Made by a program: the position numbers and the translations under genes. This document shows, one piece after another, positions 29,701 through 41,700 of a stretch of 64,000 nucleotides of DNA. The DNA comes from Eledone cirrhosa (Eukaryota), in the NCBI GenBank assembly GCA_964016885.1, contig OZ024749.1, forward strand, positions 14,260,001-14,324,000, in the 5' to 3' direction. The notes under the pieces were generated by a model. That model had not been told where the DNA came from, made no database searches, and was given only the letters and a program-made list of their open reading frames with translations. Within the stretch, counting starts at the first letter, position 1, and each line of letters begins with the position of its first letter.

Positions 29701-32700
29701 CACTCTATCACACCAGCACTATACTGTAGCACTGCAACAGCCCATGTGTTGGATGCCAGTACCTTATTCCTACCACTCTATCACACCAGCACTATACTGT
29801 AGCACTGCAACAGCCCATCTGTTGGATGCCAGTACCTTATTCCTACCACTCTATCACACCAGCACTATACTGTAGCACTGCAACAGCCCATGTGTTGGAT
29901 GCCAGTACCTTATTCCTACCACTCTATCACACCAGCACTATACTGTAGCACTGCAACAGCCCATGTGTTGGATGCCAGTACCTTATTCCTACCACTCTAT
30001 CACACCAGCACTATACTGTAGCACTGCAACAGCCCATCTGTTGGATGCCAGTACCTTATTCCTACCACTCTATCACACCAGCACTATACTGTAGCACTGC
30101 AACAGCCCATCTGTTGGATGCCAGTACCTTATTCCTACCACTCTATCACACCAGCGCTATACTGTAGCACTGCAACAACCCATGTGTTGGATGCCAGTAC
30201 CTTATTCCTACCACTCTATCACACCAGCGCTATACTGTAGCACTGCAACAGCCCATCTGTTGGATGCCAGTACCTTATTCCTACCACTCTATCACACCAG
30301 CACTATACTGTAGCACTGCAACAGCCCATCTGTTGGATGCCAGTACCTTATTCCTACCACTCTATCACACCAGCGCTATACTGTAGCACTGCAACAGCCC
30401 ATCTGTTGGATGCCAGTACCTTATTCCTACCACTCTATCACACCAGCACTATACTGTAGCACTGCAACAGCCCATCTGTTGGATGCCAGTACCTTATTCC
30501 TACCACTCTATCACACCAGCACTATACTGTAGCACTGCAACAGCCCATCTGTTGGATGCCAGTACCTTATTCCTACCACTCTATCACACCAGCACTATAC
30601 TGTAGCACTGCAACAGCCCATCTGTTGGATGCCAGTACCTTATTCCTACCACTCTATCACACCAGCGCTATACTGTAGCACTGCAACAACCCATGTGTTG
30701 GATGCCAATACCTTATTCCTACCACTCTATCACACCAGCACTATACTGTAGCACTGCAACAGCCCATCTGTTGGATGCCAGTACCTTATTCCTACCACTC
30801 TATCACACCAGCGCTATACTGTAGCACTGCAACAGCCCATGTGTTGGATGCCAGTACCTTATTCCTACCACTCTATCACACCAGCGCTATACTGTAGCAC
30901 TGCAACAGCCCATGTGTTGGATGCCAGTACCTTATTCCTACCACTCTATCACACCAGTGCTATACTGTAGCACTGCAACAGCCCATCTGTTGGATGCCAG
31001 TACCTTATTCCTACCTCTCTATCACACCAGTGCTATACTGTAGCACTGCAACAGCCCATGTGTTGGATGCCAGTACCTTATTCCGACCACTCTATCACAC
31101 CAGTGCTATACTGTAGCACTGCAACAGCCCATCTGTTGGATGCCAGTACCTTATTCCGACCACTCTATCACACCAGTGCTATACTGTAGCACTGCAACAG
31201 CCCATCTGTTGGATGCCAGTACCTTATTCCTACCACTCTATCACACCAGCACTATACTGTAGCACTGCAACAGCCCATCTGTTGGATGCCAGTACCTTAT
31301 TCCTACCACTCTATCACACCAGCACTATACTGTAGCACTGCAACAGCCCATCTGTTGGATGCCAGTACCTTATTCCTACCACTCTATCACACCAGCACTA
31401 TACTGTAGCACTGCAACAGCCCATCTGTTGGATGCCAGTACCTTATTCCTACCACTCTATCACACCAGCACTATACTGTAGCACTGCAACAGCCCATCTG
31501 TTGGATGCCAGTACCTTATTCCTACCACTCTATCACACCAGCACTATACTGTAGCACTGCAACAGCCCATCTGTTGGATGCCAGTACCTTATTCCTACCA
31601 CTCTATCACACCAGCACTATACTGTAGCACTGCAACAGCCCATCTGTTGGATGCCAGTACCTTATTCCTACCACTCTATCACACCAGCACTATACTGTAG
31701 CACTGCAACAGCCCATCTGTTGGATGCCAGTACCTTATTCCTACCACTCTATCACACCAGCACTATACTGTAGCACTGCAACAGCCCATCTGTTGGATGC
31801 CAGTACCTTATTCCTACCACTCTATCACACCAGTGCTATACTGTAGCACTGCAACAGCCCATCTGTTGGATGCCAGTACCTTATTCCTACCACTCTATCA
31901 CACCAGCGCTATACTGTAGCACTGCAACAGCCCATCTGTTGGATGCCAGTACCTTATTCCTACCACTCTATCACACCAGTGCTATACTGTAGCACTGCAA
32001 CAGCCCATCTGTTGGATGCCAGTACCTTATTCCTACCTCTCTATCACACCAGTGCTATACTGTAGCACTGCAACAGCCCATCTGTTGGATGCCAGTACCT
32101 TATTCCTACCACTCTATCACACCAGCACTATACTGTAGCACTGCAACAGCCCATCTGTTGGATGCCAGTACCTTATTCCTACCACTCTATCACACCAGTG
32201 CTATACTGTAGCACTGCAACAGCCCATCTGTTGGATGCCAGTACCTTATTCCTACCACTCTATCACACCAGTGCTATACTGTAGCACTGCAACAGCCCAT
32301 CTGTTGGATGCCAGTACCTTATTCCTACCACTCTATCACACCAGCGCTATACTGTAGCACTGCAACAGCCCATCTGTTGGATGCCAGTACCTTATTCCTA
32401 CCACTCTATCACACCAGTGCTATACTGTAGCACTGCAACAGCCCATCTGTTGGATGCCAGTACCTTATTCCTACCACTCTATCACACCAGCGCTATACTG
32501 TAGCACTGCAACAGCCCATCTGTTGGATGCCAGTACCTTATTCCTACCACTCTATCACACCAGCGCTATACTGTAGCACTGCAACAGCCCATGTGTTGGA
32601 TGCCAGTACCTTATTCCTACCTCTCTATCACACCAGTGCTATACTGTAGCACTGCAACAGCCCATCTGTTGGATGCCAGTACCTTATTCCTACCACTCTA

Positions 32701-33575
32701 TCACACCAGTGCTATACTGTAGCACTGCAACAGCCCATCTGTTGGATGCCAGTACCTTATTCCTACCTCTCTATCACACCAGTGCTATACTGTAGCACTG
32801 CAACAGCCCATCTGTTGGATGCCAGTACCTTATTCCTACCACTCTATCACACCAGCACTATACTGTAGCACTGCAACAGCCCATCTGTTGGATGCCAGTA
32901 CCTTATTCCTACCACTCTATCACACCAGCACTATACTGTAGCACTGCAACAGCCCATCTGTTGGATGCCAGTACCTTATTCCTACCACTCTATCACACCA
33001 GCACTATACTGTAGCACTGCAACAGCCCATCTGTTGGATGCCAGTACCTTATTCCTACCACTCTATCACACCAGCACTATACTGTAGCACTGCAACAGCC
33101 CATCTGTTGGATGCCAGTACCTTATTCCTACCACTCTATCACACCAGCACTATACTGTAGCACTGCAACAGCCCATCTGTTGGATGCCAGTACCTTATTC
33201 CTACCACTCTATCACACCAGCACTATACTGTAGCACTGCAACAGCCCATCTGTTGGATGCCAGTACCTTATTCCTACCACTCTATCACACCAGCACTATA
33301 CTGTAGCACTGCAACAGCCCATCTGTTGGATGCCAGTACCTTATTCCTACCACTCTATCACACCAGCACTATACTGTAGCACTGCAACAGCCCATCTGTT
33401 GGATGCCAGTACCTTATTCCTACCACTCTATCACACCAGCACTATACTGTAGCACTGCAACAGCCCATCTGTTGGATGCCAGTACCTTATTCCTACCACT
33501 CTATCACACCAGCACTATACTGTAGCACTGCAACAACCCATCTGTTGGATGCCAGTACCTTTTTCCTACCACTCT
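17655..33575. repeat. 73-bp satellite (~218 copies, 15.9 kb) derived from the 5'-most part of the truncated LINE
   Basis: Unit CCACTCTATCACACCAGCACTATACTGTAGCACTGCAACAGCCCATCTGTTGGATGCCAGTACCTTATTCCTA; its minus strand reads SGRNKVLASNRWAVAVLQYSAGVIEW. Confidence 0.98.
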
Positions 33576-33764
33576 GCTTCTTTCCAAATTATGCCGAGTG
33601 TCAACCCGGCACCCCGAGGCACAATTTGATAATTCATACATTTTACAATCATCACACAAATGATGACAATGGCACAGACAACAGTAAATGACCTTGCAAA
33701 GCTTTTTAATTGATAATGCCCTTCTTAGTACATGGGCAGTACTAATCAGTATTATTTTCCGTAT

Positions 33765-33968
33765 CGGTGAATTGGCAGAGTCATTAGAGCATCAGACATG
33801 ATTCGCAGCATAGAGTTATGGCCCTTTACATCCTGCCAAGTTTAGCTTTAATTTTTATCCTTACAGGATTGATAAAATTAAATACCAGTAATGCACTGTA
33901 GTCGATTTAATCTACTTTCCCCTCCCCCAAAATTGCTGGCCTTGTGCCTATAGTAGAAATTATTGTTA
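33765..33968 (+). mobile_element. tRNA-derived SINE (Nin-domain-like)
   Basis: A-box-like TGGCAGAGTCATTAG, GATAAAATTAAATACCAG and AAATTGCTGGCCTTGTGCC, ending in a TTA tail. Confidence 0.75.
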
Positions 33969-33972
33969 TTAA

Positions 33973-34194
33973 GAGTGGTGGATTGGCAGAATCGGTAGAG
34001 CGTCAGACAACATGCTTTGCGGTATATAACTATGTTTCTTAACGTTGATTTTAAATCTCAGCGAGATTTGCTTTGCCTTTCCTCCTGACAGGATTGATAA
34101 AATAAAGTACCAGTGAAATACTGGGGCTGATTTAATCGACTTTTCCCTCCCCCAAATTGCTGGTCTTGTGCCTATATCACAAATCATTATTATT
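33973..34194 (+). mobile_element. tRNA-derived SINE (Nin-domain-like), tandem neighbour
   Basis: TGGCAGAATCGGTAGAGCG…GCCTTTCCTCC…GATAAAATAAAGTACCAG…AAATTGCTGGTCTTGTGCC, ending in a TTA tail. Confidence 0.8.
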
Positions 34195-34474
34195 GATATC
34201 TCAGTTATTGATGTTATTTAACCAGAGAATTTGCCTTAATGAACATCAAGCAGCCTCAGATATTCAGGACTTATTGGATGGTCCTTGATGTTCCAAAAAA
34301 GGGTGGAGCGGGGCTAATGTTCTTTAACCAGTCTTGGAAACTCTTCAGGATATCTAGAATGTCATTGACCCCCAAGTTTTGTTAATCAGGTCTAACACAG
34401 GACCAAACAACAACCGATATAAGTACATATATTTATGTAGTTGTGAAAAGGTATAGTGGAGCACATTACTGGCT

Positions 34475-34683
34475 GCTAGTATCTAGCTGAACGTTAGGGC
34501 AGTAGATCAAAATGATTTATAGCCTTTTACCTTCTGAGTTCACATCTCTCAAATGTCAACTTTATCTTTCATCATTCTAAGATTGATGAACTAAAATACC
34601 AGTCAAGTTCTGTGGGTGATGTAATCAATCTGTCCATCCTACAAGTTGCTGGCCTTGTGTTTAAATTTAAAAAAAAAAAAAAA
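34475..34683 (+). mobile_element. Older copy of the same SINE family
   Basis: TTTACCTTCTGAGTTCACATC…GTCAACTTTATCTTTCATC…AAATACCAGT…GTTGCTGGCCTTGTG followed by a poly-A run. Confidence 0.65.
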
Positions 34684-34930
34684 TGATGTAGCTGGATGAT
34701 GAGAAAATGATATAGGTAGACTAGAATAAGAGATGGTTGTTAATACCTGTTGGCAAGGAAGAGCCTAGAGTAAAGATTGAGTTTTTTTCTCTTTATATTT
34801 ACAGAAGGTTTGAGCTGTGATGTAAGATTACTTTACAAACAGATGATTGAAGGAATATCCAGGAGAATTAAAATGTCTATGTTTGGAAATTGCTTGGGTG
34901 TTATAAAAAAGAAACAAAAAAAAAACGTTC

Positions 34931-35200
34931 ACAGATCAAACAAAAGAAAAACAATGTTTCCATTGCTGATACTATATGTCAGTTGCACCACTTGGCAGAA
35001 GAAAGGAGCTGATTATCAGATCAAACCAAGGAAACAGTGTTTCCATTGGTCTTTCCATTGCTAATTCTCTCTGTCTGTTGGTCGCAGTTCTTGTCAAAAG
35101 AAAGGAGCCATTTGTCAGGTTAGACCAAGGAAACAATGTTTCCATTGGTCTTTCTATTGCTGAGACTATCTGCTGATTGCAATTCCTGGCAGAAGGAGCA
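34931..35200. repeat. Degenerate triple tandem repeat (~86-98 bp units)
   Basis: CAGATCAAAC.AAGGAAACA.TGTTTCCATTG…GAAAGGAGC recurs at about 34931, 35017 and 35116. Confidence 0.7.
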
Positions 35201-35201
35201 A

Positions 35202-35313
35202 TGTGAAATAAGGTATTTTGCTCAAGTACACAACATGCTACCTGGTCTAAGAATCAAAATCATGACTATATGATTATGTGTACAACACCCTAACCATTAG
35301 GCCACACACCTTC
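35202..35313 (-). mobile_element. tRNA-derived SINE head (second family), minus strand
   Basis: The minus strand reads GTGTGGCCTAATGGTTAGGGTGTTG…TTGATTC…TTGTGTACTTGAGCAAAATAC, i.e. an A box, a degenerate B box and a conserved downstream segment. Confidence 0.7.
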
Positions 35314-35391
35314 ATTGGGTGCTATGGTCACATCAAAATAGTAGAAAGGTGAGCTAAAACAGATGGCATAAGAATATGACTTTGAATAAAT

Positions 35392-35621
35392 GTGAGGGCA
35401 CATGGGTGTTGGACTTACGATCCTAATGTTGTGGGTTTGATTCCTGGACGGGGTTGTGTGTTGTATTCTTGAGCAAAAACACTTCATTTCATGATGCTAC
35501 AGTATACTCAACTAAAAATGAGTACCAGCAATAGCTAGGGGTTTAACCCTGTGATGGACTGGCGTCCTATCCAGGGGGGATACTCTCAGTTGCTTCATGC
35601 CATGAAACCAGGATAAGCACC
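35392..35621 (+). mobile_element. tRNA-derived SINE (second family) with a Deu/V-domain-like body
   Basis: B box GGTTTGATTCC, then TTCTTGAGCAAAAACACTT, CCTGTGATGGACTGGCGTCCTATCCAGGGG and GCTTCATGC…GAAACCAGGATAAGC. Confidence 0.65.
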
Positions 35622-35726
35622 AGATCAACACTCTGATTGCAGCACACGAGGGCATGCATGATGAATAAATACTTGCTTCAAGTTAAAGCTTGTATATTCA
35701 CCATTGTCTTATAGCACAGTTGTGCT

Positions 35727-38700
35727 ACATATATGGCACAGGTCTTCCACACATACTATATGGCACAGGTCTTCCACACATACTATATGGCACAGGTCTT
35801 CCACACATACTATATGGCACAGGTCTTCCACACATACTATATGGCACAGGTCTTCCACACATACTATATGGCACAGGTTTCCACACATACTGTATGGCAC
35901 AGGTCTTCCACACATACTATATGGCACAGGTCTTCCACACATACTATATGGCACAGGTCTTCCACACATACTATATGGCACAGGTCTTCCACACATACTA
36001 TATGGCACAGGTCTGCCACACATACTATATGGCACAGGTCTTCCACACATACTATATGGCACAGGTCTTCCACACGTACTATATGGCACAGGTATGTCAC
36101 ACATACTATATAGGACAGGTCTGTCACACATACTATATGGCACAGGTCTTCCACACATACTAGATGGCACAGGTCTTCCACACATACTATATGGCACAGG
36201 TGTCCCACACATACTATATGGCACAGGTCTTCCACACATACTATATGGCACAGGTTTCCACACATACTGTATGGCACAGGTCTTCCACACATACTATATG
36301 GCACAGGTCTTCCACACATACTATATGGCACAGGTCTGCCACACATACTATATGGCACAGTTGTCCCACACATACTATATGGCACAGGTGTCCCACACAT
36401 ACTATATGGCACAGGTCTTCCACACATACTATATGGCACAGGTGTCCCACACATACTATATGGCACAGGTGTCCCACACATACTATATGGCACAGGTATT
36501 CCACACATACTATATGGCACAGGTCTTCCACACATACTATATGGCACAGGTGTCCCACACATACTATATGGCACAGGTCTGTCACACATACTATATGGCA
36601 CAGGTGTACCACACATACTATATGGCACAGGTCTGCCACACATACTATATGGCACAGGTCTTCCACACATACTATATGGCACAGGTCTTCCACACATACT
36701 ATATGGCACAGGTGTCCCACACATACTATATGGCACAGGTCTTCCACACATACTATATGGCACAGGTGTCCCACACATACTATATGGCACAGGTGTCCCA
36801 CACATACTATATGGCACAGGTCTTCCACACATACTATATGGCACAGGTCTGCCACACATACTATATGGCACAGGTCTGTCACACATGCTATATGGCACAG
36901 GTCTTCCACACATACTATATGGCACAGGTGTGCCACACATACTATATGGCACAGGTCTGCCACACATACTATATGGCACAGGTGTGCCACACATACTATA
37001 TGGCACAGGTCTGTCACACATACTATATGGCACAGGTGTCCCACACATACTATATGGCACAGGTCTCCCACACATACTATATGGCACAGGTATGCCACAC
37101 ATACTATATGGCACAGGTCTGTCACACATACTATATGGCACAGGTCTCCCACACATACTATATGGCACAGGTATGCCACACATACTATATGGCACAGGTG
37201 TACCACACATACTATATGGCACAGGTCTTCCACACATACTATATGGCACAGGTGTCCCACACATACTATATGGCACAGGTCTGTCACATATACTATATGG
37301 CACAGGTCTTCCACACATACTATATGGCACAGGTGTACCACACATACTATATAGCACAGGTGTCCCACACATACTATATGGCACAGGTCTGCCACACATA
37401 CTATATGGCACAGGTGTCCCACACATACTATATGGCACTGGTCTTCCACACATACTATATGGCACTGGTCTTCCACACATACTATATGGCACAGGTCTGC
37501 CACACATACTATATGGCACAGGTCTGCCACACATACTATATGGCACAGGTCTTCCACACATACTATATGGCACAGGTCTGCCACACATACTATATGGCAC
37601 AGGTCTGCCACACATACTATATGGCACAGGTCTTCCACACATACTATATGGCACAGGTCTGCCACACATACTATATGGCACAGGTCTGCCACACATACTA
37701 TATGGCACAGGTCTTCCACACATACTATATGGCACAGGTCTTCCACACATACTATATGGCACTGGTCTTCCACACATACTATATGGCACAGGTCTGCCAC
37801 ACATAATATATGGCACAGGTGTGCCAAACATACTATATGGCACAGGTGTGCCACACATACTATATGGCACAGGTCTGTCACACATACTATATGGCACAGG
37901 TGTCCCACACATACTATATGGCACAGGTCTTCCACACATACTATATGGCACAGGTCTGTCACACATACTATATGGCACAGGTCTCCCACACATACTATAT
38001 GGCACAGGTGTCCCACACATACTATATGGCACAGGTATGCCACACATACTATATGGCACAGGTGTACCACACATACTATATGGCACAGGTGTCCCACACA
38101 TACTATATGGCACAGGTCTCCCACACATACTATATGGCACAGGTGTCCCACACATACTATATGGCACAGGTGTACCACACATACTATATGGCACAGGTCT
38201 TCCACACATACTATATGGCACAGGTGTCCCACACATACTATATGGCACAGGTCTGTCACACATACTATATGGCACAGGTGTACCACACATACTATATAGC
38301 ACAGGTGTCCCACACATACTATATGGCACAGGTCTGCCACACATACTATATGGCACAGGTGTCCCACACATACTATATGGCACTGGTCTTCCACACATAC
38401 TATATGGCACAGGTCTGCCACACATACTATATGGCACAGGTCTGCCACACATACTATATGGCACAGGTCTTCCACACATACTATATGGCACATGTCTTCC
38501 ACACATACTATATGGCACAGGTCTGCCACACATACTATATGGCACAGGTCTTCCACACATACTATATGGCACAGGTCTGCCACACATACTATATGGCACA
38601 TGTCTTCCACACATACTATATGGCACAGGTCTTCCACACATACTATATGGCACTGGTCTTCCACACATACTATATGGCACAGGTCTGTCACACATACTAT

Positions 38701-41700
38701 ATGGCACAGGTGTGCCAAACATACTATATGGCACAGGTCTGCCACACATACTATATGGCACAGGTCTGTCACACATACTATATGGCACAGGTGTCGCACA
38801 CGTACTATATGGCACAGGTCTTCCACACATACTATATGGCACAGGTGTCCCACACATACTATATGGCACAGGTCTTCCACACATACTATATGGCACAGGT
38901 GTACCACACATACTATATGGCACAGGTCTGCCACACATACTATATGGCACATGTCTTCCACACATACTATATGGCACAGGTCTGTCACACATACTATATG
39001 GCACAGGTCTGTCACACATGCTATATGGCACAGGTCTTCCACACATACTATATGGCACAGGTGTGCCACACATACTATATGGCACAGGTCTGCCACACAT
39101 ACTATATGGCACAGGTGTGCCACACATACTATAAGGCACAGGTCTGTCACCTATACTATATGGCACAGGTGTCCCACACATACTATATGGCACAGGTCTC
39201 CCACACATACTATATGGCACAGGTCTTCCACACATACTATATGGCACAGGTCTTCCACACATACTATATGGCACAGGCCTTCCACACATACTATATGGCA
39301 CAGGTCTTCCACACGTACTATATGGCACAGGTATGTCACACATACTATATAGGACAGGTCTGTCACACATACTATATGGCACAGGTCTTCCACACATACT
39401 ATATGGCACAGGTCTTCCACACATACTATATGGCACAGGTGTGCCACATACTATATGGCACAGGTCTTCCAAACATACTATATGGCACAGGTCTTCCACA
39501 CATACTATATGGCACAGGTGTGCCACACATACTATATGGCACAGGTCTGTCACACATACTATATGGCACAGGTGTCCCACACATACTATATGGCACAGGT
39601 CTCCCACACATACTATATGGCACAGGTATGCCACACATACTATATGGCACAGGTGTACCACACATACTATATGGCACAGGTCTTCCACACATACTATATG
39701 GCACAGGTGTCCCACACATACTATATGGCACAGGTCTTCCACACATACTATATGGCACAGGTCTGTCACACATACTATATGGCACAGGTCTCCCACACAT
39801 ACTATATGGCATAGGTATGCCACACATACTATATGGCACAGGTGTACCACACATACTATATGGCACAGGTGTACCACACATACTATATGGCACAGGTCTT
39901 CCACACATACTATATGGCACAGGTGTCCCACACATACTATATGGCACCAATCTGTCACATATACTATATGGCACAGGTCTTCCACACATACTATATGGCA
40001 CAGGTGTACCACACATACTATATAGCACAGGTGTCCCACACATACTATATGGCACAGGTCTGCCACACATACTATATGGCACAGGTGTCCCACACATACT
40101 ATATGGCACTGGTCTTCCACACATACTATATGGCACTGGTCTTCCACACATACTATATGGCACAGGTCTGCCACACATACTATATGGCACAGGTCTGCCA
40201 CACATACTATATGGCACAGGTCTTCCACACATACTATATGGCACAGGTCTGCCACACATACTATATGGCACAGGTCTGCCACACATACTATATGGCACAG
40301 GTCTTCCACACATACTATATGGCACAGGTCTGCCACACATACTATATGGCACAGGTCTGCCACACATACTATATGGCACAGGTCTTCCACACATACTATA
40401 TGGCACAGGTCTTCCACACATACTATATGGCACTGGTCTTCCACACATACTATATGGCACAGGTCTGCCACACATAATATATGGCACAGGTGTGCCAAAC
40501 ATACTATATGGCACAGGTGTGCCACACATACTATATGGCACAGGTCTGCCACACATACTATATGGCACAGGTCTGTCACACATACTATATGGCACAGGTG
40601 TCCCACACATACTATATGGCACAGGTCTTCCACACATACTATATGGCACAGGTCTGTCACACATACTATATGGCACAGGTCTCCCACACATACTATATGG
40701 CACAGGTGTCCCACACATACTATATGGCACAGGTATGCCACACATACTATATGGCACAGGTGTACCACACATACTATATGGCACAGGTGTCCCACACATA
40801 CTATATGGCACAGGTGTCCCACACATACTATATGGCACAGGTCTCCCACACATACTATATGGCACAGGTGTTCCACACATACTATATGGCACAGGTGTAC
40901 CACACATACTATATGGCACAGGTCTTCCACACATACTATATGGCACAGGTGTCCCACACATACTATATGGCACAGGTCTGTCACACATACTATATGGCAC
41001 AGGTGTACCACACATACTATATAGCACAGGTGTCCCACACATACTATATGGCACAGGTCTGCCACACATACTATATGGCACAGGTGTCCCACACATACTA
41101 TATGGCACTGGTCTTCCACACATACTATATGGCACAGGTCTGCCACACATACTATATGGCACAGGTCTGCCACACATACTATATGGCACAGGTCTTCCAC
41201 ACATACTATATGGCACATGTCTTCCACACATACTATATGGCACAGGTCTGCCACACATACTATATGGCACAGGTCTTCCACACATACTATATGGCACAGG
41301 TCTGCCACACATACTATATGGCACATGTCTTCCACACATACTATATGGCACAGGTCTTCCACACATACTATATGGCACTGGTCTTCCACACATACTATAT
41401 GGCACAGGTCTGTCACACATACTATATGGCACAGGTGTGCCAAACATACTATATGGCACAGGTCTGCCACACATACTATATGGCACAGGTCTGTCACACA
41501 TACTATATGGCACAGGTGTCGCACACGTACTATATGGCACAGGTCTTCCACACATACTATATTGCACAGGTGTCCCACACATACTATATGGCACAGGTCT
41601 TCCACACATACTATATGGCACAGGTGTACCACACATACTATATGGCACAGGTCTGCCACACATACTATATGGCACATGTCTTCCACACATACTATATGGC

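Larger units (their letters stand above)
14511..33585 (-). mobile_element. 5'-truncated RLE (restriction-like endonuclease) non-LTR retrotransposon, R4/Dong-like, inflated by two internal tandem arrays
   Basis: Minus-strand motifs appear in the expected order: GRNKVLASNRWAVAVL.Y.AG; LHPKSDVDRLYL..KGGRGL; ESEALIFAAQEQAL; C.LSGEKGETINHIITEC (CCHC knuckle); RHDNIV; WD..I.CD….RKPDIVVVEK…VDIASPWD; KVEKYQEL; VVPIVVGTLG; LQKTALLGPARILRRVLES* (stop at 14621-14623); then a (TAA)n end. Confidence 0.9.

Noticed and set aside
34777-35176. ORFs of 95 and 66 aa
   Set aside because: They show no recognisable domain and overlap a degenerate tandem repeat.
33973-35490. tRNA genes
   Set aside because: The A/B-box-like motifs belong to degenerate SINE heads, and no cloverleaf can be formed.
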